The notes below the pieces were generated by a model. That model did no database searches, had not been told where the DNA came from, and saw only the letters and a list, made by a program, of their open reading frames with translations. A program made the position numbers and the translations under genes. Below, piece after piece: positions 26,694-36,685 of a stretch of DNA of 64,000 bases. The DNA is from an uncultured Chloroflexia bacterium. Lineage in GTDB: Bacteria > Chloroflexota > Limnocylindria > Limnocylindrales > CSP1-4. Where the stretch lies: assembly GCA_963788375.1 (NCBI GenBank), contig CAWBGT010000001.1, positions 7,467 through 71,466 of the forward strand, in the 5' to 3' direction. The stretch's first letter is position 1; every line of letters starts with the position of its first letter.

Positions 26694-26800
26694 CGTCACC
26701 AGGCGTTGCACGATCGGGTGCGTCCCGGTCGCGCCGCCCGCGTCATGCCCCCCGGCGCGACGCGCCCCGGCGCCACGCGCCTCGCGCCACCCGCGCCCGG

Positions 26801-28015
26801 CTACGAGGTGGCGAGCACCTCGGCGAGCGCATCCGCGAACGGATCCAGGTTCGCCGCCGTGAAGCCCGCGACGTTGATCCTGCCCTTGCCCACGACGTAG
26901 ACCCCGTGCTCGTCCTTGAGGCGGGCCACCTGGCCCAGCGTGAGGCCCAGGAGCGCGAACATGCCGCGCTGCGTGGCGATGGCGCCCCAGTCCCCAGGGA
27001 TGCTGCGTGCCTGGAGCGCGGCGACCAGCGCCCGGCGGTTGTCGTTGATCCGGTCACGCATCCCGGCCAGCTCCACCTCCCAGCGCACCCGGAGGTCGGG
27101 GTCAGCAAGGATGGTCCGGACGATGTCCGCGCCGTGGGCGGGCGGGTTCGAGTAGTTCACCCGGATGGCGATCTTCACGTGGCTCTGGGCTGCCGCGGCA
27201 TCCGCGGCGGAGCCGGCGATCACGATCAGGGCTCCAACGCGCTCCGCGTACAGCGAGAAGGTCTTCGAGAACGACGTCGCTACCAGGAGCTCGGCCCCTG
27301 GCCGGACGAGCTCGCGCAGGCCGGCAGCATCCTCGTCCAGGCCATTGCCGAAGCCCTGGTAGGCGAGGTCCACCAGCGGCAGCAGCCGCCGCCGATCGAC
27401 CAGATCGCCGATCTGCTTCCACAGGGCCGGCGAGGGGTCCACGCCGGTGGGGTTGTGGCAGGCGCCGTGAAGCAGGACGACGTCGCCAGGCGACGCTCCT
27501 TCCAGGGCCGCGAGCATCGCCGCCTCGTCGATCCGGCGGCCCGTCGCATCTGTGTAGGGGTAGGTCCGGAGCTTGAAACCCGCCGCGAGGAACAGCTGGG
27601 GGTGGTTGGGCCAGGTCGGCTCGCTCATCCACAGGGTCTCGCCCGACCCTGTCTGCCGGAGCAGGTCCGCGGCGACCCGCAGCCCGCCGGTGCCACCCGG
27701 CGTCTGGGTTGCCAGGGCGCGTCCCGAGGTGACGGCTTCGTGGTCGGATCCCAGGGCGAGGGCGCGCACCCGCTCGCGGTAGGCGACCTCGCCGTCGATG
27801 GGCCGGTAGAGCTTGCTGCCCGCCGCCTCCGCGAGGCGGCGCTCAGCCTCGATCACCGTGGGCAGGACGGGCGTCCTGCCGGTGGCGTCGACGAACACGC
27901 CGGAGCTGAGGTTGATCTTGCCCTCGCGCGGGTCTGCCTTGAAGGCCTCGGCGAGGCCGAGGATGGCGTCGGGCGGGGCAGGGATGCGGGAGAGTGACGG
28001 GAGCGACACGGGCAT
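26801..28015 (-). CDS. aspartate/aromatic amino acid aminotransferase (class I PLP-dependent)
   Basis: Internal start MPVSLPSL at codon 25 of ORF 26801..28087. Motifs TSFSKTFSLYAERVGAL (PLP-lysine region) and HNPTGVDP. Confidence 0.85.
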   Translation of the reverse strand: MPVSLPSLSRIPAPPDAILGLAEAFKADPREGKINLSSGVFVDATGRTPVLPTVIEAERRLAEAAGSKLYRPIDGEVAYRERVRALALGSDHEAVTSGRALATQTPGGTGGLRVAADLLRQTGSGETLWMSEPTWPNHPQLFLAAGFKLRTYPYTDATGRRIDEAAMLAALEGASPGDVVLLHGACHNPTGVDPSPALWKQIGDLVDRRRLLPLVDLAYQGFGNGLDEDAAGLRELVRPGAELLVATSFSKTFSLYAERVGALIVIAGSAADAAAAQSHVKIAIRVNYSNPPAHGADIVRTILADPDLRVRWEVELAGMRDRINDNRRALVAALQARSIPGDWGAIATQRGMFALLGLTLGQVARLKDEHGVYVVGKGRINVAGFTAANLDPFADALAEVLATS

Positions 28016-28187
28016 GACCTCGACGGGCTGGGGAACGGGGCGCCGAGGCGACTCTACACGCCCGCACAGGTTGCGGGCCGGTGACACCGGAAATCCCGAT
28101 GCAGCGAGGGCCCGGAACCGAGTGGGGGACTGGGGCGGTAGGCTTCGCAGGACCCATCACCGGCGAACCGCGAGGAGGTGCACCTGC

Positions 28188-29180
28188 ATGGAGGCCGAGC
28201 CCGCCGACCAGGCTCCCACCCGGACTGCCGACGTGGTCAGCGCCGGGCGCCGCCTGTGGCACGACCTGCGCAGCTCGGTCGCCTCGGCGGTCGTGGGCGC
28301 CGACGAGGCCCTGCGGCTGATCACGATCGCCCTCCTCGCCGACGGCCACGTGCTGCTGGAGGACGTGCCGGGCACCGGCAAGACGCTCCTCGCCCGCGCG
28401 GTCGCCCGCTCGCTGGACCTGCAGATGGCCCGCATCCAGGGCACGCCGGACCTCCTGCCATCCGACGTGACCGGCGCCAGCCTGTTCGAGCCAGGCGGCC
28501 TCCGATTCGTGCCCGGTCCGGTGTTCACCAACCTCTTGCTCGTCGACGAAGTCAACCGGGCCACGCCGCGCACGCAGTCGGCGCTGCTGGAGGCCATGCA
28601 GGAGCGCCAGGTGTCCATCGAGGGTGAGACCCGCGTCCTGCCGGACCCGTTCCTGGTGCTCGCCACGGAGAACCCTGTCGAATTCGAAGGGACGTTCGCG
28701 CTGCCACAGGCACAGCTCGACCGGTTCCTCCTCCGGGCCCGGATCGGATACCCGGACCACGCGGGCGAGCGCAGGATCGCCAGTCGCTACCAGGCCTCGG
28801 CGGAGCCGCTGGACGCCATCGGGGCGGTGGTCACGCGCGAACGCCTGCTGGACCTGCGGGAGCAGGTTCGGAACGTTCGCGTCGCCGACGAGGTGGAGGA
28901 CTACCTCGTTGCGGTCGTGCGGGCCACGCGCGAGCACACGGACCTGGATCTCGGCGCCAGCCCTCGAGCGAGCGTCGCCCTGTACCGCGCCGCCCAAGCG
29001 GCGGCGATCCTCGATGGACGACCCTTCGTGACGCCCGACGACGTGAAGGGCGTCGCCCCGTCGGTCCTGGTCCACCGGCTCCTCGTGGACCTCGACCGGA
29101 GCCTCCACGGGGCGACCGCAGAGGGGATCGTGGCCGAGATCCTGGCGTCCGTGCCCGCGCCGCCGGTGACCGGGGGCTGA
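28188..29180 (+). CDS. MoxR-family AAA+ ATPase
   Basis: ATG at 28188 with GAGGAGGTG RBS. Walker A GTGKTLLARAV, Walker B LLVDEVNRA and ATENP. Confidence 0.85.
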   Translation: MEAEPADQAPTRTADVVSAGRRLWHDLRSSVASAVVGADEALRLITIALLADGHVLLEDVPGTGKTLLARAVARSLDLQMARIQGTPDLLPSDVTGASLFEPGGLRFVPGPVFTNLLLVDEVNRATPRTQSALLEAMQERQVSIEGETRVLPDPFLVLATENPVEFEGTFALPQAQLDRFLLRARIGYPDHAGERRIASRYQASAEPLDAIGAVVTRERLLDLREQVRNVRVADEVEDYLVAVVRATREHTDLDLGASPRASVALYRAAQAAAILDGRPFVTPDDVKGVAPSVLVHRLLVDLDRSLHGATAEGIVAEILASVPAPPVTGG

Positions 29181-29182
29181 TC

Positions 29183-30415
29183 GTGGCGGCACGCGTGATG
29201 GCGGCCATCGTCCTGATCGTCCTCGGCAGCGCCCTGGACGTCCCGATCGCGATGCTGCTGGGGGTCGTGACGCTGCTGCTCGACGTGGTGCAGGCGGTCT
29301 GGGCGCGCAACGGGCTCCAGGGGATCCGCTACACGCGCCGTCTCGGTGCCCGGCGGACGCCGTTCGGCGAGGCGATCCCGCTCGAGATCGAGGTCTGGAA
29401 CCGGCGTCGGCTGCCGGTCGCATGGCTGCGCGCGGACGACGAGGCCGCCGCGGGCGTCGAGGTGCGCGAGCGCGACCTGGATGACGGCGAGGAACCGGGC
29501 ACCGCGGTGCTCCGCAACGCCTGGACCCTGCGCCCGTGGGAGCGGGTCCGGCGCAGGTTCCACGTCTTCGCGGAGCAGCGAGGGGTGTTCGCCCTGGGTC
29601 CGGTGGAGCTCGCGGTGGGCGACCCGTTCGCACGCCGGGCGGCCACCGAGATTCGACCCGAGACCGACACGTTCCTGGTCTGGCCGCGGACCATCCCTGC
29701 GACCGAGCTCGAGCCACCGGACCGCTGGGGCGATCGTGAGCGGGCGCGGGGTGGCCTGGAGGAGGATCCCGCCCGGTTCGCGGGTGTGCGGCCCTACGCC
29801 CCGGGCGACCCGTTGCGGCGGATCCACGCGCGGGCCAGTGCCCGGACCGGGCAGCCCGTCACGAAGCGCTTCGAGCCCTCCCGCGACCGGGAGGTGCTGA
29901 TCGCGCTCGACGTGCAGACCGCAGACGGTCCGGCCTGGGAGTCCGGCTGGGCCGACGACGACGTCGAGTCCCTGTACGTGGTGGCGGCATCGATTGCGCG
30001 CTCGCTCGCGGTCCGCCGGGTCTCGTTCGGGATGCTCGCCGCGGGCTACACGGGCGCGGAGACGCGCATCGCGTCCGTCCCGGTCTCCGTGGCGCCCGGG
30101 CAGGCGGAGCGGGTCCTCGATCTGCTCGCCCGGCTGTCCGGACACGCGTCGATGCCCTTCGAACGCCTCCTGATCGTGGCGGCCCGGACCGTCCGGACCG
30201 GGACCACGGTGCTGGTGGTGACCGCGCGCGACCCGCGCCCGTTCACGCCCGCGCTGCGGCGGTTGGAGCGCGCAGGCGGCGACGTCGTCATCGTGGCAGC
30301 CGGACGGCAGGCAGCCCACGACGCACAGCGCGCCCGCCAGGCCGGCTTCGCGGCACGGCGGGCGATCATGGACGATCACTGGCGGAAGGCCGAGCGGCTG
30401 GTGATCGCCCGATGA
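29183..30415 (+). CDS. DUF58-domain protein (MoxR-associated, vWA-like)
   Basis: Immediately follows moxR; FAGVRPYAPGDPLRRIHARASAR is the DUF58 signature. Confidence 0.8.
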   Translation: MAARVMAAIVLIVLGSALDVPIAMLLGVVTLLLDVVQAVWARNGLQGIRYTRRLGARRTPFGEAIPLEIEVWNRRRLPVAWLRADDEAAAGVEVRERDLDDGEEPGTAVLRNAWTLRPWERVRRRFHVFAEQRGVFALGPVELAVGDPFARRAATEIRPETDTFLVWPRTIPATELEPPDRWGDRERARGGLEEDPARFAGVRPYAPGDPLRRIHARASARTGQPVTKRFEPSRDREVLIALDVQTADGPAWESGWADDDVESLYVVAASIARSLAVRRVSFGMLAAGYTGAETRIASVPVSVAPGQAERVLDLLARLSGHASMPFERLLIVAARTVRTGTTVLVVTARDPRPFTPALRRLERAGGDVVIVAAGRQAAHDAQRARQAGFAARRAIMDDHWRKAERLVIAR

Positions 30416-30422
30416 TCATCCA

Positions 30423-31958
30423 GTGGCCATGTCCATGAGCCTCCTCGTCCTCGTGCCGGCGGGCCTCGTGCTGGTCGCCGAGGCGGCTTGGATCGCGGTG
30501 TTCGCCGCCCTGCTGGATGCGTTCGCGTTGCACGCGCCGGTGACGGGCGTGCCCCTGCTGCTGCTGGCGGCTGCTGGCGGGATGGCTGCCTCGAGGACGC
30601 TGGGATCCCGGCTCGAGTCGGCGTGGCCCCTGGCGGCCGTCGGCCTGACGGTCCTGGCCGGTGCGCTCGGCTGGCTCGCCTCGCCCGAGGTGCGCGACAT
30701 CCTCGCCACCGGTGGCGCGGGCTCGGCCGGATCCGCGTTCGCGGCCAACCCGGGCGGCTGGCTCGCCTCGCTCGCCGTCGTTCGCGGAATGGCCCATGCC
30801 CGCCTGCCGGTGGACCCGCAGCGGGTGGGGACGATGCTCGCCGCGGTGGTGCCGGGTCTGGCGCTCGCCGCGATCCTCGGTGGGATGGTCGCCGAACCGT
30901 GGCGAGGACTGTTCCTGGCCGCGGCCCAGCTCCAGGTGCTGCTGTTCCTCGCGACCGGCATCCTGGCCCTCGCCCTGTCGCGGCTGGCGCAGGTGGATGC
31001 CTTCGACCTGCGGGCCGACTGGCGGCGCAACCCGGCGTGGGTGGCACTCGTGGCCGTCCTGGTCCTGGCGACGGCCGCTGCGGCCCTGGTGGTCTCGGTG
31101 GTGGTGGGACGCGGGATCGCCCTGACCCTGTGGGCGCTGCTGGTGCCCGCCCTCCTGGTCGGGTTCATCGTCGGGTTCGACCGGCGGAGCCTCCGGATCG
31201 TGCTGCTCAGCGTCGCGCTCGCGGCGGTGCTGACGACGATCCTGCGCCTCCTGGGCAGCGCTGAGAGCAGCGCGCTGCCGGTCACGGCGCCGCCGGTCGC
31301 CGGGAATGGGCAGCCCGAAGCCGGGAACGAGGTCGCCCTGGGCATCGTGGTGATCGTGCTGGCCGTTGGCGTCGTGGGTGTCCTGGTGCTGGCGAGGCTG
31401 TGGGTGCGGCGGAGCCCGGCGGGCGTCGCAGCCGACGACGAGGTGCGGGTCATCGACCATGGCGGCGCCCTCGACGGGCCTGCTCGTCCGCGACGTGCCA
31501 CGCGTTTCCGGCGCCGCGCGAAGCCCCTGGACGCAGTGGCTGCGTACCGTGCGCTCATCGACGACCTGCAGGGGCGGCCGCCGGTGGCCCGCGGACCCTC
31601 CGAGACACCGGCCGAACATGCGGCCAGGCTTCGGGCCGACGGTCACGGGAGCCTGGCCCTGGATCTGCTGGCGGCCGACTACGGGCTGGCACGGTTCGGT
31701 GGCGGCGACCTCACCGCCGTTGAGCACCGGCGCGCGGTCGGGCGAGCCGGGAAGCTCCGGCGGGCGCTCCACCGGGTCCCGGCCCGGGTACCGCTGGACC
31801 AGGCCCGCGAGGCAGGGGCAGCGCAGGGCGGGGAGGACGGCGCGCCGCGTGGCGTACGCGGTGGCCATCGCGGTACAGGACCCGGAGCGGACATGCCGGG
31901 CGCGGACCAGCCAGGGGCGCTGGGCTCGATCCTGACCCGCATCCGGCGTGGCCCCTGA
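30423..31958 (+). CDS. membrane protein with C-terminal DUF4129-like domain (MoxR/DUF58-associated)
   Basis: About 10 TM helices, then DAVAAYRALIDDLQGRPPVARGPSETPAEHAARL. Third gene of the moxR operon. Confidence 0.6.
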   Translation: MAMSMSLLVLVPAGLVLVAEAAWIAVFAALLDAFALHAPVTGVPLLLLAAAGGMAASRTLGSRLESAWPLAAVGLTVLAGALGWLASPEVRDILATGGAGSAGSAFAANPGGWLASLAVVRGMAHARLPVDPQRVGTMLAAVVPGLALAAILGGMVAEPWRGLFLAAAQLQVLLFLATGILALALSRLAQVDAFDLRADWRRNPAWVALVAVLVLATAAAALVVSVVVGRGIALTLWALLVPALLVGFIVGFDRRSLRIVLLSVALAAVLTTILRLLGSAESSALPVTAPPVAGNGQPEAGNEVALGIVVIVLAVGVVGVLVLARLWVRRSPAGVAADDEVRVIDHGGALDGPARPRRATRFRRRAKPLDAVAAYRALIDDLQGRPPVARGPSETPAEHAARLRADGHGSLALDLLAADYGLARFGGGDLTAVEHRRAVGRAGKLRRALHRVPARVPLDQAREAGAAQGGEDGAPRGVRGGHRGTGPGADMPGADQPGALGSILTRIRRGP

Positions 31959-32028
31959 GGACCAGGTCCAGGCCCAGGACCCAGGCTCGATCCTCGCCCG
32001 TCGCGGCGGCTTCGGGTAGGGTGACGGC

Positions 32029-33006
32029 ATGACAGCGTCCCCCGTCATCGACCCCCTTGCGCCCGCCCATCCAACCCGCGTCGCCATCGTGGGCGCTGGG
32101 GCGGTCGGGTCCACCTTCGCCTTCGGGCTCCTCCTGTCGGGTCTCGCGTCCGAGATCGTCCTGTCCGACGCCAACGAGCGGAAGGCCGAGGGCGAGGCGA
32201 TGGACCTCATGCACGCCGTCCCGTTTGCCCGCACCGCCCGCGTCTGGTCCGGTCCCGTCTCGGACTGCCGTGGCGCCGCGATCACGGTGATCGCCGCCGG
32301 TGCCGCCCAGCGGCCCGGGGAGACCCGCCGAGACCTGGTCCAGAAGAACGCCGCGATCTTCCGCGAGCTCGTGCCGCAGATCGCGGATGCCAACCCGGAC
32401 GGGATCATCCTCGTCGCCACCAACCCGGTGGACGTCCTGGCCTACCTCACCTATCGGATCGCGGGCCTGCCCGCGGAACGCGTCATCGGCTCGGGCACGA
32501 TCCTGGACACGGCCCGCTTCCGGATGCTCCTCGCCGAGCACTACGGCGTGGATCCCCGGTCGGTCCACGCCCACATCGCCGGCGAGCACGGCGACTCCGA
32601 GGTCCCGGTCTGGTCCTCGGCGAACATCGCCGGCATGCCGTTGGGCGACTTTGCGGCCTCGGCCGGCATGGACCACGACGACGACGCTCTGCGCGAGATC
32701 TTCGAGGGCACCCGCGATGCCGCCTACCGGATCATCGAACGCAAGGGCGCCACTTACTACGCGGTGGCCGCCGGTCTGGTGCGGATCGTCCAGGCCATCC
32801 TGCGCGACCAGCACACGGTGCTCTCGGTGAGCTCCTTGATCGGCGACTACTACGGAATCGACGACATCTACCTGTCCCTGCCTGCCGTGGTCGGCCGGCG
32901 TGGCGTGGAGCGGACGCTGCGGCTGGGCCTCTCGGCGGAGGAGGCATCCGGCTTGCGGCGGTCCGCGGGCCTCCTGCGCGAGCTCAACGGCGCCCTGGGC
33001 CTGTAG
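32029..33006 (+). CDS. ldh: L-lactate dehydrogenase
   Basis: VAIVGAGAVGSTFAF, IVLSDANERKAEGEAMDL, catalytic region HIAGEHGDSEVPVWS and IIERKGATYYA. Confidence 0.9.
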   Translation: MTASPVIDPLAPAHPTRVAIVGAGAVGSTFAFGLLLSGLASEIVLSDANERKAEGEAMDLMHAVPFARTARVWSGPVSDCRGAAITVIAAGAAQRPGETRRDLVQKNAAIFRELVPQIADANPDGIILVATNPVDVLAYLTYRIAGLPAERVIGSGTILDTARFRMLLAEHYGVDPRSVHAHIAGEHGDSEVPVWSSANIAGMPLGDFAASAGMDHDDDALREIFEGTRDAAYRIIERKGATYYAVAAGLVRIVQAILRDQHTVLSVSSLIGDYYGIDDIYLSLPAVVGRRGVERTLRLGLSAEEASGLRRSAGLLRELNGALGL

Positions 33007-33010
33007 GACT

Positions 33011-33050
33011 CCTCTCTGGCGGGAGCCGGGGGGGCGCCGGAGAGGAGGGC
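33011..33050 (+). terminator. putative intrinsic terminator hairpin after ldh
   Basis: Imperfect inverted repeat cctctctggcg...cgccggagagg directly after the stop codon. Confidence 0.3.
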
Positions 33051-33113
33051 GCGCACATGGATTCGGTCCGCTCGGCCCGGCACGGACCACGCCGCCTGTC
33101 CGACAATCGCCCT

Positions 33114-33380
33114 ATGCCCGACCCCGCCGCGCTCCCCATTGCCGACATCGTGACGGTCTACGGCGCCGACTGGTGCGGCGACTGCCGCCGGACCAAGCGA
33201 TGGCTCAACGCGTCCGGTGTCGAGTGGGTCTATGTCGATCGTGACGCGGACCCGGCGATCCGGGCCATGCTGGCCGATGCGGGCCACCTGGCGATCCCGG
33301 TGGTCGTCCTGCCCGGCGGCACCGTGCTCGTGGAGCCCTCGGACGAGACGCTCGCCGCGGCCGTTGCGGTGGTCGCCTGA
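33114..33380 (+). CDS. glutaredoxin-like / mycoredoxin (NrdH-like) thiol-disulfide protein
   Basis: IVTVYGADWCGDCRRTKRWLNASGVEWVYVD contains a CxxC active site in a thioredoxin fold. Internal ATG at 33114 chosen from ORF 33057..33380. Confidence 0.6.
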   Translation: MPDPAALPIADIVTVYGADWCGDCRRTKRWLNASGVEWVYVDRDADPAIRAMLADAGHLAIPVVVLPGGTVLVEPSDETLAAAVAVVA

Positions 33381-33518
33381 GTCCGTCCCCGGGAGCCCCC
33401 GCCCCGGGTCGCATACACTTCAGGCGACCGGACGCTCGCTATGCAGCCGGCATGTTGAGGTGTATGTGACGCAGACAGCACGAGCAGGGCGCCCTTCGCG
33501 CGCCCGACGGGACCGCTA

Positions 33519-33809
33519 GTGGGCACGCGCAAGCGCAAGGTCTTCATTCCGCCCAAGAAGACAAACCCGCGGCCGACAACCGGCATCGGTGCCCCGCCCA
33601 CCGGCGTATCGATCAACACGGCCGCCCTCGACGGACGGCAGGGGCTGGAGATCGGCCACCGGGTCCGGATCCTGGGAACGGGCCTGTACGCGGGTGAGAC
33701 CGCGGTCATCGAGAAGATGGCAGGCGGAGTCGTCCCTGCCGCCGTGGTGCGGACCGAGGCCGGGCGGTCGCGGACCGTGCGGACGGTGGACCTGGAGCCC
33801 GTCGTCTAG
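33519..33809 (+). CDS. hypothetical small basic protein
   Basis: 96-aa ORF with lysine-rich N-terminus KRKVFIPPKK; no recognisable motif. Confidence 0.3.
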   Translation: MGTRKRKVFIPPKKTNPRPTTGIGAPPTGVSINTAALDGRQGLEIGHRVRILGTGLYAGETAVIEKMAGGVVPAAVVRTEAGRSRTVRTVDLEPVV

Positions 33810-33875
33810 CAGGCCCGTGCCGGGCGGGTTCCCTCGACCGGCGCCGGACCGCCCAGGACCGGCACCGCGCCCTGC

Positions 33876-34232
33876 CTACTCGATTCCGAGGGCATCCAGC
33901 TCGTTGAGCAGCGCGTAGGCCTCGTCGCCCAGGAAGTCGCGAGCTTCGGCCTCGGCATCGGCCGTTGCATCCTCACCTGCCTCGTCCTCGACGTCCACGC
34001 CGGCCAGGACCGACAGGGCGCGCGCCGGGCTGGGCTCGACGATCCACTCGTCGCCGGTGTCGGGATCGACGTCGAAGAACGCGACCGACTCGATCTCGTA
34101 CGTGCGCCCGTCGGGCCGGGTCAGGGTGCAGGCCCAGGCGTCCTCTTCCTCGTCGCCCGCAGCAGCACGGATCGTGAGCGTCAAGCCCAGCGAGCGGAAC
34201 AGCTCGCCGACGGTGGTCGGGGTGGCGGTCAT
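33876..34232 (-). CDS. hypothetical acidic protein
   Basis: Internal start MTATPTTVGELF at codon 45 of ORF 33876..34364; highly acidic C-terminus. Confidence 0.4.
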   Translation of the reverse strand: MTATPTTVGELFRSLGLTLTIRAAAGDEEEDAWACTLTRPDGRTYEIESVAFFDVDPDTGDEWIVEPSPARALSVLAGVDVEDEAGEDATADAEAEARDFLGDEAYALLNELDALGIE

Positions 34233-34405
34233 GGGGCAACCTCGGCGGCTCGGGTGGTGGACCACAACCGTACCGCCCGCAGCGGTAACGCGCCCGCGGG
34301 CCGCCTGAGTGGCCCTTCCAGCCCGCCCCGGCCACGGCCTGCGGCCGCGTTGTCCCGCCCGCAACGGCGCGGCATTCGCACCGCGGACGCGGGTACCATC
34401 CGCCC

Positions 34406-35797
34406 GTGACCGACCACGTCGACGTGTCCTACTGGCTCGAGACCTCCGGTGATGACCTCACGCCGCGTCCGGGCCTTGACGGCTCGCTGGAGGCGGACGT
34501 CGCGATCCTGGGAGCCGGTATGACCGGCCTGTGGACCGCCTTCTACCTCAAGCGGCGTGACCCCAGCCTGGATGTCGTCATCGTCGAGCGCGAGATCGCC
34601 GGTTTCGGGGCCTCCGGCCGCAACGGCGCGTGGTGCGCGCCGGACCTCAACATCTCCATGGAGCGGCTTGCCCGGCTGCACGGCGAGGACGCGGCACGAC
34701 GAACCCAGCAGGCAACCTATGACGCGGTCGACGAGGTGGGCCGGGCCTGCGCGGAGACGGCGATCGATGCCGGCTTCCACAAGGGCGGCGAGATCATCGT
34801 CGCCCGCGGCCCGCAGGGCGTCCCGTCGCTCGAGGCATCGCTCCGGGAGTACGAGCGCTTCGGGTTCGGCGACCGCTACCGGCTGGTCGACCGCACGGAG
34901 CTCGGGGATCGCATCAGAATCGCCGGGGCGGTCCGCGGGCTCGTCTCGGACGACGCCGCGGTGATCCATCCCGGTCGCCTGGTCCGGGGCCTCGCTCGCT
35001 TCGTCGAGCGTCTCGGCGTGCGGATCTTCGAGCAGACGGCGGTGACGGACTTCCGGCCCCGCGACGCATCGGGCCGCGCGGCACTGGTGACGGCGCGAGG
35101 CGAGGTCAGGGCCCCGATCGTAGTGCTCGCGGGCGAGGCGTACCTGTCGGAGATCCCGCGCCTGCATCGCCAGCTGGTCCCGCTGTGGTCGCTGATCGTC
35201 CTGACCGAGCCGGTCAGCGACGGCCAGTGGGCCGAGATCGGCTGGCGGAACCGGGAGGTCGTCGCGTCGACGCGGCTGTCCATCGACTACCTGTCGCGGA
35301 CCGAGGATGGCCGGATCCTGTTCGGCGGGCGCGGCGCGCCATACCGTCTCGGCTCGCCGATCCGGCCGGAGTACGACCGCCACGGTCCCACGCACGAGCG
35401 GCTCAAGGCCTTCGTGCGCGAGTGGTTCCCGGTGCTGCGCGACGTGCGCTTCACGCACGAGTGGGGTGGGCCGCTGGGGATGCCGCGCGACTGGCATCCG
35501 ACGATGTCGTTCGACCCTGCGAGCGGCATTGCGACGGCCCGCGGGTACGTGGGTCACGGGGTGTCCACGACGAACCTGGCGGGGCGCGTGCTCACCGACC
35601 TCGTCACCGGGACCGACAGCCCCCTCACGTCGCTGCCGCTGGTCAACCACCGTTCCAGGAACTGGGAGATCGAGCCGTTCCGGTACGCCGGTATCCGGTA
35701 TGCGCAGTGGGCGCTGGGGCGCCTGGACGAGCAGACCGCCCGGACGGGCACGCCGCCGAGCGGACGGAGCCTCGCGGAGCGAATCGCCTCGAGCTGA
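34406..35797 (+). CDS. FAD-dependent oxidoreductase (DAO/glycine oxidase-like)
   Basis: Dinucleotide-binding motif VAILGAGMTGLWTAFYL; 463 aa. Confidence 0.85.
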   Translation: MTDHVDVSYWLETSGDDLTPRPGLDGSLEADVAILGAGMTGLWTAFYLKRRDPSLDVVIVEREIAGFGASGRNGAWCAPDLNISMERLARLHGEDAARRTQQATYDAVDEVGRACAETAIDAGFHKGGEIIVARGPQGVPSLEASLREYERFGFGDRYRLVDRTELGDRIRIAGAVRGLVSDDAAVIHPGRLVRGLARFVERLGVRIFEQTAVTDFRPRDASGRAALVTARGEVRAPIVVLAGEAYLSEIPRLHRQLVPLWSLIVLTEPVSDGQWAEIGWRNREVVASTRLSIDYLSRTEDGRILFGGRGAPYRLGSPIRPEYDRHGPTHERLKAFVREWFPVLRDVRFTHEWGGPLGMPRDWHPTMSFDPASGIATARGYVGHGVSTTNLAGRVLTDLVTGTDSPLTSLPLVNHRSRNWEIEPFRYAGIRYAQWALGRLDEQTARTGTPPSGRSLAERIASS

Positions 35798-35903
35798 CGG
35801 ACTGGCGGGTCGACGCGCGGTTGCCCGTGCCGCGAGCGACGCCCGCGTCGTCGGTCGCGACGGGTCGTCGGTCGCTAGGGGTCGCCGGCCGGTCGTGGAG
35901 TCG

Positions 35904-36491
35904 CTAGCGGGCGAGCTCCGCCATCAGGCGTGCATCGGCCCGGCGGACGACGGAATCGCCCGACTCGCCAGGCGTCGGGCTGGCCCAGCCGAAGAGGAAG
36001 CGGAGGCCATCCGTGCCACGGGGCATCGACCGGGGTCCCATCTCGCGGACGCGCTCGACGAAGTTGATCGCGGCGATCTCGTTGGTCTCGGTCAGGACGA
36101 CGCCGAAGCGTGCGGGACCGACTCGCGTGAGGTAGTCGCTCGTGCGCGACGTCCGCCGGAGGCACTGTGCGGCCTCACGAACGGCATGCCGGGCGACGTC
36201 GACGCCCCAGGACTCCACCAGGTCATCGACACCGTCCAGGTCGCAGATCACGACGGTCAGGTCCCGTCCGTACCGGGCGCTCCGGGCCACCTCCGCGACG
36301 AGCGCTCGGCGCCAGAAATCGGGCCCTTCGAGGCCGGTCAGCGGGTCCTCCCAGCCGAACGGCTCCGGAATGGCGGTCGCATCCACGCGGTCAGACTCCC
36401 TCGCGACGTGCGCACAGGCCCCGATCCACAGGGGTCGGGGCGCAGGTTCCTGCTGTCCGCCATCGTCGGCCGCGGTGCGCCCACGCGCCAC
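35904..36491 (-). CDS. GGDEF-domain protein with degenerate active-site motif
   Basis: DPLTGL and ICDLDGVDDLV match the GGDEF fold, but the GG(D/E)EF position reads RVGPARFGVV. Confidence 0.5.
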   Translation of the reverse strand: MARGRTAADDGGQQEPAPRPLWIGACAHVARESDRVDATAIPEPFGWEDPLTGLEGPDFWRRALVAEVARSARYGRDLTVVICDLDGVDDLVESWGVDVARHAVREAAQCLRRTSRTSDYLTRVGPARFGVVLTETNEIAAINFVERVREMGPRSMPRGTDGLRFLFGWASPTPGESGDSVVRRADARLMAELAR

Positions 36492-36685
36492 GGGACCGTC
36501 GTATGGGCTGGCACGCCGATGGTCCCGGTGGGATCATGGACAATCAGGACGCCGGACTCGTGCCTGCCCGGGCGATCGACCCGCGCCAGGCGCATTCGAC
36601 GTCGTGGAGCAATGGTCGCGTCCCGGCGGCAGCAGCCCCGGCCGCCAGAATCAGCCGCTTGGCGCGGCCAGGGAGGTTCTCACGA

